Shown one piece after another: positions 9,679-21,297 of a stretch of 64,000 bases of DNA. The position numbers were made by a program, and so were the translations under genes. The notes beneath the pieces are model-generated. The model saw only the letters and a list, made by a program, of their open reading frames with translations. It was not told where the DNA came from and made no database searches. Source of the stretch: an uncultured bacterium (GTDB lineage Bacteria; Acidobacteriota; HRBIN11; JAKEFK01); contig CAVZQN010000001.1 of assembly GCA_963777505.1 (NCBI GenBank), forward strand, positions 128,001-192,000, read 5' to 3'. Numbering within the stretch: the first letter of the stretch is position 1; the number at the start of each line of letters is the position of its first letter.

Positions 9679-10874
9679 ATGCGTTACACGGCTTGTTTGT
9701 TTTTTATTTTGTATAGTTCAGCATTGGCCTGGTCAGAGGGTGGTCCGCTTTCAAATCCTTCTATTCTCTTTTCACATGCAATTGAAGCAGAACCAGGGCA
9801 TAACGACATAGGTTTCGATGTGCTGCCGTTGGCAAATGGAGCGATTATCTCCGGATCTACTTCTGTAAAAGGAAAATCAGTTGATGGATTACTCATGCAT
9901 GTAAGTGAAAAAGGTGAGGTTCTCTGGCGCAAAGGTTTTCGGTGGAACAGGAATGGATCTTATCTTTTCGGCTTTACCAGATGGAGATGGTTTCATCTGT
10001 GTAGGATTCAAATCGCCAGGCGGTGAAGCGAATATGAAGGCGATGGACGGCTGGATTCTGCGAATCGATTCTAAAGGAAATTTAATCTGGGAGCATACTT
10101 ATGGCGGACCTGGTGAAGACCGGCTTACTGGAATTCGAAAAATCTCTGATGGTTGGATGGCAGTCGGACATAAAGAAACTCAAGGGAAAATAGAAGCATG
10201 GGTTTTGCGCATTGATCCAAACGGAAATGAGATGAATTCCTGGACTTACAATTCTTCACTACCAACGAAAGGTCTCGATGTCATACCTATGCCGGATAGC
10301 GGCTTCATTTTTGTTGGCGGTGAAGGAACAGAACGAGAAACTTCAGATGGGTTTGTGATTCGGATCGATGGTAACGGACGCCAACTCTGGAAGCACTTAA
10401 TTTCCGGGTCTGGCTTTCAAGTGGGGTATCACATCCAGGCATTTTCTAACAATTCATTTCTTGTCATCGGTTATGGCGAAACAGAAAAGAATAAAGACCA
10501 TCAGGCCTACGTTTTAAGAATCGGAAGCGATGGAAACGTTTCGTATCACAAAAATTTCGGAGGTCCTACTCATGATCGCGCTACGAATGCATTGATCCTT
10601 GAGAATGAAGCTGTTGTTGTCGCCGGACAAACACAGCGGCCCGGATCTGTTGACGATGATTCTGGTTGGGATATGACTGTGTATGTGTTGGATTCAAAGG
10701 GCGAGCAAGTTTGGTCCGGACGATTTGGCGGTGATGGTGTCGAATTTGGAAGAGCCGTAAAAGGAGAAGCCGAATAATCTCTGGATTATCGGACATACGA
10801 CATCACAACCGAGCGGCAGCAGCGCACTCATGATCCGCATGGATGTGACAGATATTTTTCAAGAATCCAAATAA
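9679..10874 (+). CDS. Secreted beta-propeller-like repeat protein (frameshifts near 9932 and 10770)
   Basis: Signal peptide MRYTACLFF...; repeated D.W.LRID..G...W...YGG...D blades across ORFs 9661 and 9905, plus a tail frame NLWIIGHT...FQESK*; GGAGG RBS. Confidence 0.7.
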
Positions 10875-10965
10875 TTAAATTGAAGTACGATTAACGAACA
10901 GCGATTTCCGAATTACGATTTTTCGCTCCGCTTTTGAATATTTCCACGCGTTCTTATTCGGAACT

Positions 10966-11151
10966 CGCCCCGGCGTAAGCTGGGGGTCAAGTGCGATGTT
11001 AATGATTTAGCCGGCGGAATGCGGGCGTAAGCGTCTTCAGAGGTAACTGGACTTTCGCCAGCTCGAGCGGTCTTATTCTTTTCCAGAGCTTTACTAACGG
11101 GTTACGCGGGGGGCTATGATTTCAATCGCGATCATGTGATACTTCGTGGTT
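10966..11151. repeat. Degenerate REP-like palindromes
   Basis: CCCCGGCGTAAGCTGGGG and GGGTTACGCGGGGGGCTA inverted-type units and a half CTTCGTGGTT unit in intergenic DNA. Confidence 0.4.
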
Positions 11152-11222
11152 CGATCAAATCATTCATTCACCAGCCAGATTGAGGTTATACTGATTTTAA
11201 TGAACGAATCGCCCATAAACGA

Positions 11223-12887
11223 ATGATCCACAACGAGGGACTGGATTCCTTTTCGCTTTCTGAATATTACAATCGGGGCCGTTGTGAACTTCTCGATAAG
11301 ATTTCGACTTCTTTGCTCATCATATTGATTCTTTATACTCCTTTACCCTTTGGTTCCGTTCAGTACTCTTCTCTACTTCTTATTGAAACTATTTCTGCAA
11401 GCTGCTGCCTGCTCTGGCTGGTGAGACTCTTTTTATGCGGCAAGAAGGATCAACTTGCTGTCTTCCGGAAACTTCATGCTGCAGAAAAGAAAGCTCGAGA
11501 GGAATCACATTTCTTTCACCGGCACCCCGCGTTGTTCCAGGCCCTTCAAATTGTGACTTTCGGAAAATGGCCGCGAAAGAACGTTGCTTCAAATGTGGTG
11601 ATTGAAAACGATCAGTCTGTGACTCGAAACTCTCGTTATTTCTCTCTTTTAGGTTACCCGGTCAGGAACACTGGATTTGAAAAAATCGGAATTCTGTTCT
11701 TCGTTTTAGTTTTGTTGCAATTGATTCCTCTTCCCGAACTTGTGCACACTACAATCTTTCCCGCTACAGCAGAACTTTATCGCAGCGCTGCAAAATTGGC
11801 AGGAATCTCTAACCACTCCCATCCAGTTTCTTTGAATCCATTTATCACTTTTTCAAAATTTCTCGAATACGCTTCTTATTTCATGATTTATCTTGTTGTC
11901 GTAAATACCATCAGGACCAGAATCCATTTCCAAATCATCTTTCTTGCATTTTTTGTTTCAGCTATTTTTCAAGGTATTTACGGTCTTTATGAATTTCTTA
12001 GCGGAAATCAGCAGATCTTCTCGTACGACAAAAAATTTAATCTGGATTGCGCCACGGGAACGTTTATCAACCGGAATCATTATGCAGCGTATCTGGAATT
12101 GTCTCTTCCTCTGTTATTGGCGCTTGTTGTTGGAAGGATAAACCAGATAAAGGCTTTAAGAGGGAAAATTCTTGTACGAATCGCTCATGCGCTTGAAACG
12201 GAGGGAAGTAAGATATTGCTGCTTTTGTTTTTGATTTCACTCGTAGCAGTAGCGCTTGTTTTTTCGCTTTCGCGCAGTGGAATTACATTTGCGATTCTGT
12301 CATCTATCATTTTCTTTTTTCTCTATTATCTGACAAACAATCAGCTGAGCCGCAAAGCTTACTTAATTATGACGGCTGCCTGCGCCGTAGCTCTTTCGGT
12401 CTGGATTGGTTTGGATCCACTTCTCGAACGCTTCTTAAGAATCTCCGATGAATTTTCAGACAAAGGAGCTCGACTCTCTCTTTGGAAGAATACGATCGAC
12501 ATTTTTCTCCATTTTCCTGTTTTAGGAACTGGGGCAGGAACCTTTAAAGAGGTTTTTCCAATGTACCGGACCTTTCCAACTCACCTTTCATTTAATGAAG
12601 CACACAATGACTATCTTCAATTCCTTTCAGAAACCGGGATCTTTATGCTTTTTCTGATTCTTGCATTTTTTAGTCTTTTATTTCGTCGTGTCCGCGAAGT
12701 GACTTCTCAACGGCTAAACCGGATTGTTGTTATACAAATCGGATGTTTCTGTTCAATCCTGTCATTGGGATTGCATAGTTTGACTGATTTCAGTTTTCAA
12801 ATTCCTGCTGTTGCGCTCGCTGGAACGATCATCACGGCTTTATTTTTCGGAAACTATTATGCCGAAAGAAATCACATTTTTAACTAG
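11223..12887 (+). CDS. O-antigen ligase / Wzy_C-family membrane protein
   Basis: Many TM helices; GTFINRNHYA, SRSG, GTGAGTF and AHNDYLQ..E.G motifs. Confidence 0.85.
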   Translation: MIHNEGLDSFSLSEYYNRGRCELLDKISTSLLIILILYTPLPFGSVQYSSLLLIETISASCCLLWLVRLFLCGKKDQLAVFRKLHAAEKKAREESHFFHRHPALFQALQIVTFGKWPRKNVASNVVIENDQSVTRNSRYFSLLGYPVRNTGFEKIGILFFVLVLLQLIPLPELVHTTIFPATAELYRSAAKLAGISNHSHPVSLNPFITFSKFLEYASYFMIYLVVVNTIRTRIHFQIIFLAFFVSAIFQGIYGLYEFLSGNQQIFSYDKKFNLDCATGTFINRNHYAAYLELSLPLLLALVVGRINQIKALRGKILVRIAHALETEGSKILLLLFLISLVAVALVFSLSRSGITFAILSSIIFFFLYYLTNNQLSRKAYLIMTAACAVALSVWIGLDPLLERFLRISDEFSDKGARLSLWKNTIDIFLHFPVLGTGAGTFKEVFPMYRTFPTHLSFNEAHNDYLQFLSETGIFMLFLILAFFSLLFRRVREVTSQRLNRIVVIQIGCFCSILSLGLHSLTDFSFQIPAVALAGTIITALFFGNYYAERNHIFN

Positions 12888-14420
12888 ACATCGATCCGCG
12901 GTTTTAACTAGCGGTTCTGCAATCGTATTCCTTTTTTACGTTCTTGCATGCCTGGTTGTTTTTCGTAACAGTGACTTTATCGAAGGCATGAAAGGCAAAC
13001 CTGTATCCAACTCATTGGCAGAACGCGAACTTAAAACTCCGGCTGGACATACTGGAACCTACTATCGTGAAGTAGCAGAAAGATTGCAGTTTTACTCTCA
13101 CAACCCTGACCTCGTAAGCGAGTTATACAAGATGGCTCTAAGAAAAGCTCCAGCGGATTATAGAATTCCGTCTTCCTATGCCTACTACCTTGTCTCGCGA
13201 CGATGTTGCAAAGAAGATGTTGCCGCACTTTTAGAAGAAGGTTAAAGAGAAATCCGACTAGCTGGAAGATGCATCGGTTTGCAGCAGCTTATCTTCTGTC
13301 CATCGATCAATTGAAAAATGCGTTGCCCCATTTTAGAAAGGCAATTGAACTGCAACCACATTCAGCGCAGGAACTTTATGAACTCCTGGTACAGAAAGGA
13401 AGTGGATTCGAAACTCTGTCACAAATTACTCCCAATCGCGCCGATACGCAGCTACAGTTTGCTTTTTATCTTTCAGCAAAAGGAAATGCAGGAAAGCAAG
13501 AACTGGAAAATATTTTGGATGGCCTGCAGGAAATGCATTTAAAGCCGGAGCAACGAATCGCTACAGCGGAGATTGCTCTGCGAGCGGGACGGATTCAAAT
13601 CGCTGAGAAACAAGCATCCCTTGCACTCCAATCGAATGAGACCAGGGTGAACGCATTTCAACTTCTGGCGGATATAGCATGGCAACAAGAAAATTGGCGC
13701 GAGTTCGAAAAACGATCGGCTGAGTTGGAGAGATTTTATCTACAAGCCGGAGAACGTGAAAAAGCCGCCGAATATGCCTTGAATACAGTGAATCGGCTCG
13801 CACCTGTGAAAACCAAAGGAGAAACAAAAAAGAACTTATTGAAGGTATTAAACGACCATCCTCAATATGCCCCTGCCTATGAGCAGATGGCGAACTTTTC
13901 ACAAAATGAATCCGAACAAGTAACGCTTTACTATTTGAAAAAGGCAGTGCAATTGGCACCTGACCGGCTGGAATACAAAGATCGACTGGCACAGCATTAT
14001 TTGAATCAGTCACGAATCAGTGAAGCGGAAACTATTTACAATGAATTGGTCTTGTCCGCTCAAGGCACTCAGATCGGCTATCTGGGCTTATCACGATGCA
14101 GTCTGGCCAGAAATAACCCGCTGATGGCAATTGCAATCCTTGAAGATGGATTACAAAAATCAGGAAAATCAGTGGAATTGTATTTCGAGTTAGGCAAGGT
14201 TTTTAATACGATTCATGATTATCAAAGAGCCGCAGAATCATACCGCGAATTGAGTAGTCTCTCGCCTGAAAATATCGAAGCGTACATTCTGGCAGCCGAT
14301 GCTTATCGAAATCTGGGAGATTACACATCTGCGCGGGAGTTATATGGACAAGCGCTCAAACGCGATCCAGAAAATCAACGTGCGACTGAATCTTTATTAC
14401 AACTCGAGCCCGTAAATTGA
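12859..14420 (+). CDS. Membrane-anchored TPR protein (frameshift near 13241)
   Basis: N-terminal TM then multiple TPR-like helical repeats (ELYFELGKVF..., ALKRDPEN); ORFs 12811 and 13203 join as LEEG/LKRNP. Confidence 0.75.
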
Positions 14421-14424
14421 AAGA

Positions 14425-16680
14425 CTAAGTTCGCGTAGGTGGAGGAGGCAATGCCGCTTCGGTCTGATTCTCTTCTTTTGCATAGGTGTAAGGATAATTT
14501 GAAAAGTAACTGTAGTAATAATAAGGATCACTCAGATCAATACTATTGAGCACTGCTCCCGCTAAAACGGCGTCAGACTTTACAAGTTTTCTATGCGCCA
14601 TTTGGACAACCTCGCGTGGAGTTTCACCGCCGCGGATCACCATGACTACGCAACTGCACTTCGCTGCCAGAATAAACGAATCAGCCACAGGCATCAGAGG
14701 AGGAGTGTCTAGAATTACGTGATCAAAATTCTCACGAAGACCTTCAATCAAGTGCTCCATCCTGCTGGAAGACAGTAATTCAGCTGGCCGTGGAGTTTTT
14801 CTTCCACTCGTAATTAACGATAGCCCCTGAACATTCGTTGGACGCAAAACATCTTCAAGTGGAGCATCACTTGTAAGATAACCGCTAAGACCAATATCGT
14901 TGGGCACATTCCAAATTGCATGAATGCGTGGATTACGCATATCTGCATCGATCAACGCTACCCGCTTCTGCATTTGGGCCAGTGAAATAGCCAGGTTGCA
15001 TGCAATAAAAGTCTTCCCCTCACCAGGACGGCTGCTTGTGATCAAAATATCGTGAGGCGGTGCACCAGGGAATGAAAGCAACAATGATGTGCGAACAGTT
15101 CTGAAGGCTTCGGTAACCATGGAATCCGGATCATGAAGTGACATCAAATCAGCAGGAGACTGACGAGAGGAACCCAAACGTTTTATAACGGGCTTTATAG
15201 ATCCGTTGTTTTCTTCCTCTTCACCAAAAACATAACGAGGAACGACTCCTAAAAAAGGAACATGGACATAGCGATCCACATCATCAGCGGTTTTGATGGT
15301 TCGATCAAAATATTCCAATAGAAATGACAAACTGACTGCAACAACAAACCCAATAAGAACTGAATACAGCAAGTTACGCTTGATATTTGGTTCAAAAATT
15401 CCAGAGGGCATTTCGGCCCGATCTACAACCCGAATTGTAGTCGCCTTCTTTTCTGTCAGCTGTGCAGAGACATCCGTTTCATTTTGTCTCTTCAGTAGAG
15501 ATTCCAGCAGTTGCTTTTTACCATCAATTTCAGATGCCAGCCGCCCGTAACTGAATTCCTTTCGGTACGTTTCCGCTGATTCTCGTTTGAAATTCTGCAT
15601 CTGATTCTTAAGAGCATTCTCATTCTGCAATGCTTCTTGATACTGAGAATGTGCAGTCGCTAAAACTTTTTTGTAAATTTCAGTGGTTTCCTGATCAAGC
15701 CTTTTTTCCAACTGATCCAGTTGTGATTTAAGTCTTACCATTTCTGGATAATCAGGTTTATAAGTTCTGGACTTTTCTGTGTACTGCTGCTCCAGCGATG
15801 CATGTTCAGTTTTTAACTGTTGAACAATATGACTCGTTGTAACATCAGGCATAGCATCCATACTTCTAAACTGCAAATCCTTATAATGAACCTCTTTGGA
15901 AATCCGTTCCTGTGTGGCAACCGACATTGCATTATTTAAATCTTCAAGTGTCTTCGAACTCATCGAACGATCCTGATCCAACTTGACTACTTCTTTTTCC
16001 AGGCTGTAGTTCTGTAGGCTTTTTTCCTTTTCCGCAATTTCTCCTTGTATAGTCTTTACCTGTTCTGACAGTAACTCTTCAGCCTTCTGCGTATACTCAT
16101 ATTGGGAAGCGAGCGAATACTCGACATATTCTTCGGCCCATGCATTTGCCAGTGTCATCGAAAGTTTTGCGTCTGGTGTGGTAAAAATAATTTCACAAAG
16201 GTTTGTACCTTTGACAGGAGCAATTTCAACCATTCCGAGCAGCTGGCCGGTGAGATGTTTGATCTCTTCTTCCCGCTTTTCTCCTACGAGGGTCGTCTTA
16301 GCATTTGCTTTTTTGGCAGGAGGTGCGAGATCAATTGAAGTCAGATGAAGCCTATCAATGACTCTTCTTGCCAGGCTTTTACTTTTTAATAATTTGTACT
16401 GAGTATTGAAAAAGGATTCGTATTGCTGCCAGTTATAGGCTTCAGAAATGACGTCCGGTACAAAGGCGTAACCAGATCTATCGATATATAAAGAAGCAGT
16501 ACTTCTGTAAAGGGGAGTTTGCCGAAAACTGTAGATCGTTACTCCCGTAACGACGAGAGCGAGGACAATGAAAATCATCCATCGCCGTTTTACGAGAACA
16601 AGTAGATATTCCCGTAGATTAAGCTCCTGATCTTCAAACTCATTTTGCCGATCAGGAGGCGCGAGTCCCCTGTCCTCCAT
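14425..16680 (-). CDS. wzc: Polysaccharide co-polymerase / tyrosine autokinase
   Basis: Wzz-like N-terminus, coiled coil, second TM, Walker A SSRPGEGKT, IDADMR.P, ILDTPP, C-terminal Tyr cluster YYYYSYFSNYPYTY. Confidence 0.95.
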   Translation of the reverse strand: MEDRGLAPPDRQNEFEDQELNLREYLLVLVKRRWMIFIVLALVVTGVTIYSFRQTPLYRSTASLYIDRSGYAFVPDVISEAYNWQQYESFFNTQYKLLKSKSLARRVIDRLHLTSIDLAPPAKKANAKTTLVGEKREEEIKHLTGQLLGMVEIAPVKGTNLCEIIFTTPDAKLSMTLANAWAEEYVEYSLASQYEYTQKAEELLSEQVKTIQGEIAEKEKSLQNYSLEKEVVKLDQDRSMSSKTLEDLNNAMSVATQERISKEVHYKDLQFRSMDAMPDVTTSHIVQQLKTEHASLEQQYTEKSRTYKPDYPEMVRLKSQLDQLEKRLDQETTEIYKKVLATAHSQYQEALQNENALKNQMQNFKRESAETYRKEFSYGRLASEIDGKKQLLESLLKRQNETDVSAQLTEKKATTIRVVDRAEMPSGIFEPNIKRNLLYSVLIGFVVAVSLSFLLEYFDRTIKTADDVDRYVHVPFLGVVPRYVFGEEEENNGSIKPVIKRLGSSRQSPADLMSLHDPDSMVTEAFRTVRTSLLLSFPGAPPHDILITSSRPGEGKTFIACNLAISLAQMQKRVALIDADMRNPRIHAIWNVPNDIGLSGYLTSDAPLEDVLRPTNVQGLSLITSGRKTPRPAELLSSSRMEHLIEGLRENFDHVILDTPPLMPVADSFILAAKCSCVVMVIRGGETPREVVQMAHRKLVKSDAVLAGAVLNSIDLSDPYYYYSYFSNYPYTYAKEENQTEAALPPPPTRT

Positions 16681-16766
16681 ATTAATTAAGCATCATATTA
16701 TATTCATAGTGCTTGAGTCAAAAAAAAATTCATCCTCGTCGACCTTCATTATGTTACACTTTATGC

Positions 16767-17285
16767 ATGAGGTCGGGGACTCTTGTGAAACTGATCACTA
16801 TTTCTATCTTCTTTCTAAATCTCCTTTTCCAGGCATTTCCATTATCAGCCGCCGACAAAAAAGACGCGTACATCGCGGGAAAAGTTTATGACGAACCTCA
16901 ATCTCAAACACTGAAAGGTGCAGCCGTTCGTATCGTGAATTTGGATACTGGTGAAGCACATCAGACAAAGACCGACGGAGACGGATGTTATAGTTTTAAA
17001 AAGATTCAAGAGGGATCTTATTCATTATCAGTTTCATGGAATGGTCAGGACCATTTACTTGCGGAAAAGGTGAAAGTTGAGAAAAACGCGGAGAAGGATG
17101 TTGTTGTGTCGATTTGTACAGCACTGGCAAGCAAAAGCGCTTTAGTTCAGTTACAAAATTGTCAGATATGTTCAAAAGTTATTCCAGCTTGGGCACTAAT
17201 AGTAGCGGCTGGTGCTGGCGGTATTGGTGTAATCTCTGCGATTATCATCTCAGATGATCCGCCTGCGAGCCCATCAACACCATAA
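16767..17285 (+). CDS. Exported carboxypeptidase-regulatory-like (transthyretin-like) domain protein with C-terminal TM
   Basis: Signal peptide, G.V.D...L.GA.V...TD.DG.Y.F...G.Y.L pattern, Gly/Ala-rich TM, tail DDPPASPSTP. Confidence 0.7.
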   Translation: MRSGTLVKLITISIFFLNLLFQAFPLSAADKKDAYIAGKVYDEPQSQTLKGAAVRIVNLDTGEAHQTKTDGDGCYSFKKIQEGSYSLSVSWNGQDHLLAEKVKVEKNAEKDVVVSICTALASKSALVQLQNCQICSKVIPAWALIVAAGAGGIGVISAIIISDDPPASPSTP

Positions 17286-17298
17286 TGGGACATGTTGT

Positions 17299-17328
17299 TT
17301 GACAGCCGCAAAAAGTTGACGGTATTAT
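17299..17328 (+). promoter_or_regulatory. Sigma70-like promoter of C25 copy 1
   Basis: TTGACA-N18-TATTAT, conserved in the duplicate copy. Confidence 0.6.
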
Positions 17329-17425
17329 TTCAATTAAATTTTGGGGGATAGGGGTTATTTTTCACTGGGGAAACTCAAATCGATCTTTCCTAGACTCTAG
17401 GAAAATTTTCATTCGTAACTTTCTT

Positions 17426-20400
17426 TTGTTGGCGTTTGTTTTGTCAATTGTTCCCTTAGCTTCTGCAGATGGGATCATCAGGAAAGGATCATTCGCCAAA
17501 TCTACAGCAACCGGCAACCAGGTCATTGCTCATGGACTTGGAGTCACTCCGAAAGCGATCATTTTTTGGACCACAGGACGGAACAACGAATCATTTGGTA
17601 CCAGCTTTCACTATTCATTCGGCGCTACCGATGGAACAAATAGCCGCTGCTCTTCCGCTGCTAGCCTGGATAATGCGGGAACTACGAATGGGAGCCGTCG
17701 TATTTCCACGACTCCTATTACAATTGTGGAATGGGGAGAAACCGTCATTGCTGAAGCATCATTTGTTTCATGGAATGCCACGAATGTTACGTTGAACTGG
17801 ACCACCAATAACAATCAAGCTTACGTCATCCATTTTTCGGCGATCGGAGGATCCGACGTTTCAGCCAGTGTTGTTGGTTGGACGATGCCAACAGATCCTG
17901 GAAATTTTTCAGTAACAGGTGTTGGATTCCGGCCGAGTTTAGTAATCCATTCACATGTTGGAAGCGGATACACAGGCGCTGTTGGCTCAAGCGCAACAAA
18001 TGCCGCAATCGCAACTGGGGTCATGGATTCTCAGGGAGACATATGGTCAAGCGAAATCCTTATTGTGGATAATGTTGGAACCAGTGATACTCAGCGAAAT
18101 CAAAGTACAGCTGCTTGCTTTACTGCAATTAATAACGGACTTGGTGTCACGAAGCAGGCAACTTTGGCCTCAATGGATGCGAATGGATTTACGATGAACT
18201 TCAGTGTGGCCAACGATAATGCAGCCAGAGCGTTTTCGCTTGCCTTGAGGGGTCTGAACTCGCAGACAGGTGCTTTTAATAAATCGACAGCTGCAGCGCC
18301 AGCATCGCAATCGATCACAGGTGTCGGATTTACTCCCACCTTCGTTATGTTTTCCAGTTTTATGGATACGGCACAGGGTTCACCAGTTGCTGAAGGACGC
18401 TATGGAATTGGCGGATCGGATGGCACCTCAGAAGGAAGTTCGACATTTCAGGATACGAACGGGGTGGGATACTACCAGCATTGATTCAATCGACAAGACA
18501 AGCAAAGTCTTCATGAAGGTAAACAACAATACGCCTTCAATTAATGCAGAAGCAGACTTTACATCTTTCAATGTGAATGGTTTTACACTGAACTGGACTA
18601 CAAATGATAATGTTGCTACGCAAATTCTTTATTTAGTTCTTGCTCCACTGGCTCCGACAAAGGTCAGCCTCAAATCTTTTCAAGCATTTCAAAAAGGTTC
18701 TCAGGTTCAACTTCGTTGGCGTACAGGATATGAAGTTGATAATTTAGGCTTTTCAATTTATCGCGAAATCAATGGACATCAGACAAAGCTGAATCCTTCT
18801 ATCATTGCCGGAACTGCAATGACTACCGGCGCATCCAAACCCGTTCAAGCTGGATGGTCTTATTCCTGGAAAGATTTGTTGCCAGCCAATACTTCAAACG
18901 TGAAGTACTGGTTGGAGGATATGGATCTAAATGGTGAACTGACGCGGTATGGTCCGATTTTTCCAGAATCAGTTGAGTCGCTTCCAGGTTCTCAGAATGT
19001 CCCGCTGTTAAACCAGATCGCGAATACGAATCAGCCGGCTTTGAAGAAATCGATCCCTGGACTTAAATCAGGCTCCTCAAAGAGTCTCAAAAAACAGCAG
19101 CAGCTCGCGGCAAGCAATGCAATCAAAATATCAGTGAAAGAGAATGGATGGTACCGCATTTCGCAGCCACAACTCATCTCTGCAGGTCTTGATCCTGGAA
19201 TCGATCCACGTAATTTTCAACTTTATCTAAATGGAAAACAACACGCGATTCTTGTTACGGGTCAAACTGATGGAAGTTTCGATCCGCAAGACACTGTGGA
19301 ATTTTACGGCACAGGTCTCGATACTGCCTATACAGATGAACAGATTTACTGGTTGCTTCCAGCATCCAACAAAGGAAAACGGATTAAGATTTCATCTGGC
19401 TCAGGAACGCATCCACCCGGTGAGACAAGTTTCCCACTAACAGTGGAACGTAAAGATCGAACGATTTATTTTGCAGCACTGACAAATGGCGATACTGAAA
19501 ATTTCTTCGGAGCATTAGTCAATACAACTGCGGTCGATCAAACATTGCAGCTTCCCAATCTAGACGTTTCCGCAACTTCTGATGCACTTCTGGAAGTCTC
19601 GCTTCAAGGCGTTACTGAGTTGCCGGAATCAGAACCCGATCATACAGTTGCTGTCTCGATCAATAACAATGCCCTTAGCATCCAATCGTGTTTGACGGTC
19701 AAGAGCTTATGAAGCAACAGATTCCAATTCCTCACTCATGGCTGGTTGAAGGACAGAATACTGTAACTTTAATGGCGCAGAGCGCTCAAGATGTGTCTCT
19801 TGTTGAATCGATACGCATCACTTACTCGCACACATATGAAGCCGATGACGACTTTTTGATTTTCACAACACCAGGTAATCATGAAGTCCGAATTGCTGGA
19901 TTCAGCTGGACCGCAAATCCGCCTTTTCGACATTACCAAACCGAACGCGGTGCGCGAAATCTCAGGCACAGTCGTTTCTGAAGGTTCAACATTCACAATC
20001 GTTTCATCATTAAAGAAAGGTGGAGAGCACACATTATTAGCTCTTTCCGAAAACAAAATTGCATCTGCATCCGGACTCAAAATGAATTTGCCATCAACGT
20101 GGCATGATAACGGAAACAACGCTGATGCCTTACATCTGACTCACAGCGACTTTATTGCAGCAGTCACTTCACTTCAGCAATTCAGACAATCTCAAGGAAC
20201 TTCGGTTGTCCTTATAGATGTAGAAGATATCTATGACGAGTTCAGTTACGGTATTTCCGATCCGTTGGCCATAAAAAGCTTTTTGAATACGGCAAGTACA
20301 AAATGGTCTACGCCGCCGCATACTGTTTTGTTTGCAGGAGATGCTAGTTTCGATCCCAGGAATTATTTAGGACTTGGCGATTTCGATTTTGTTCCTACCG

Positions 20401-21155
20401 GCACAGCTGCCACAAGTACAGGCGAGACTGCATCGGACGACTGGTTTGTAGATTTCGATAATGATTCACGCCCCGAAATGGCGATCGGAAGAATCCCGAG
20501 CCGTTCTTTGCAGGAAGCATCATCGATGATCAACAAAATTATCCAGTATGAGCAAACGCCGGCTGGAGGTTCGTGGAGTGATGAAGTTTTGATGGTTGCT
20601 GACAACAATGACCTCGTAGATTTTGAAAGCGCCTCCACTGAGTTGGAATCTACGATTCCTGAAAATCTTTCGATTACCAATATCTTCCTGGGACAATCCG
20701 ATCCGTCAACAGCACGCAGTCAAATTTTAAACGGAATCGAAAATGGAAAGCTTCTCGTTCATTACCTTGGCCATGGCTCAGTGGAAGTTTGGGCTGAGGA
20801 AGATCTGTTGACATCTACGGATGCAGAGGCATTTTCAAATGGCTTACGATTGCCTTTCGTTGTAGCACTCAATTGTTTGAATGGTTATTTTCACGATGTA
20901 TTCACAAACAGTTTGGCTGAAGCTTTTTTACGTAACGCAAACGGCGGAGCTGTTGCTGTTTGGGCTTCCTCTGGCTTTACCGAAACAAACCAACAGACTA
21001 CCCTGGGCCGGACAATGCTGCAGTCGCTTTTCAACGAAAATGAATCTTTAACTCTGGGTGAAACGATCTACCGCGCAAAACAAAATCCATCTGATAGCGA
21101 TGTTCGCCGCACATGGATTTTATTCGGCGATCCTCTCACACGTATTTCGCCTTAG
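17426..21155 (+). CDS. Secreted C25 (gingipain/PorU-like) cysteine peptidase with N-terminal repeat passenger, copy 1 (frameshifts near 18465, 19680, 19905)
   Basis: ORFs 17426, 18270, 19688 and 19881 join; IKISV...GWYRI propeptide-like region; DIYDEFS.G, LFAGDAS.D, SDDWF.D, IGRIP, catalytic HYLGHG and ALNC, terminal LFGDP. Exact start uncertain. Confidence 0.85.
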
Positions 21156-21199
21156 TGCACTTTAGTCTCAGTTTTGCAACGCAATATCATATATATTGT

Positions 21200-21229
21200 T
21201 TGACAGCCATAAAAAGTTGAAGGTATCAT
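21200..21229 (+). promoter_or_regulatory. Sigma70-like promoter of C25 copy 2
   Basis: TTGACA-N18-TATCAT at the same position as in copy 1. Confidence 0.6.
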
Positions 21230-21297
21230 TTCAATCAGATTTTTGGAGTTAGGAATTACTTTCCACTGGGGCAGACCCAAATAAATCTTTCCAATCA

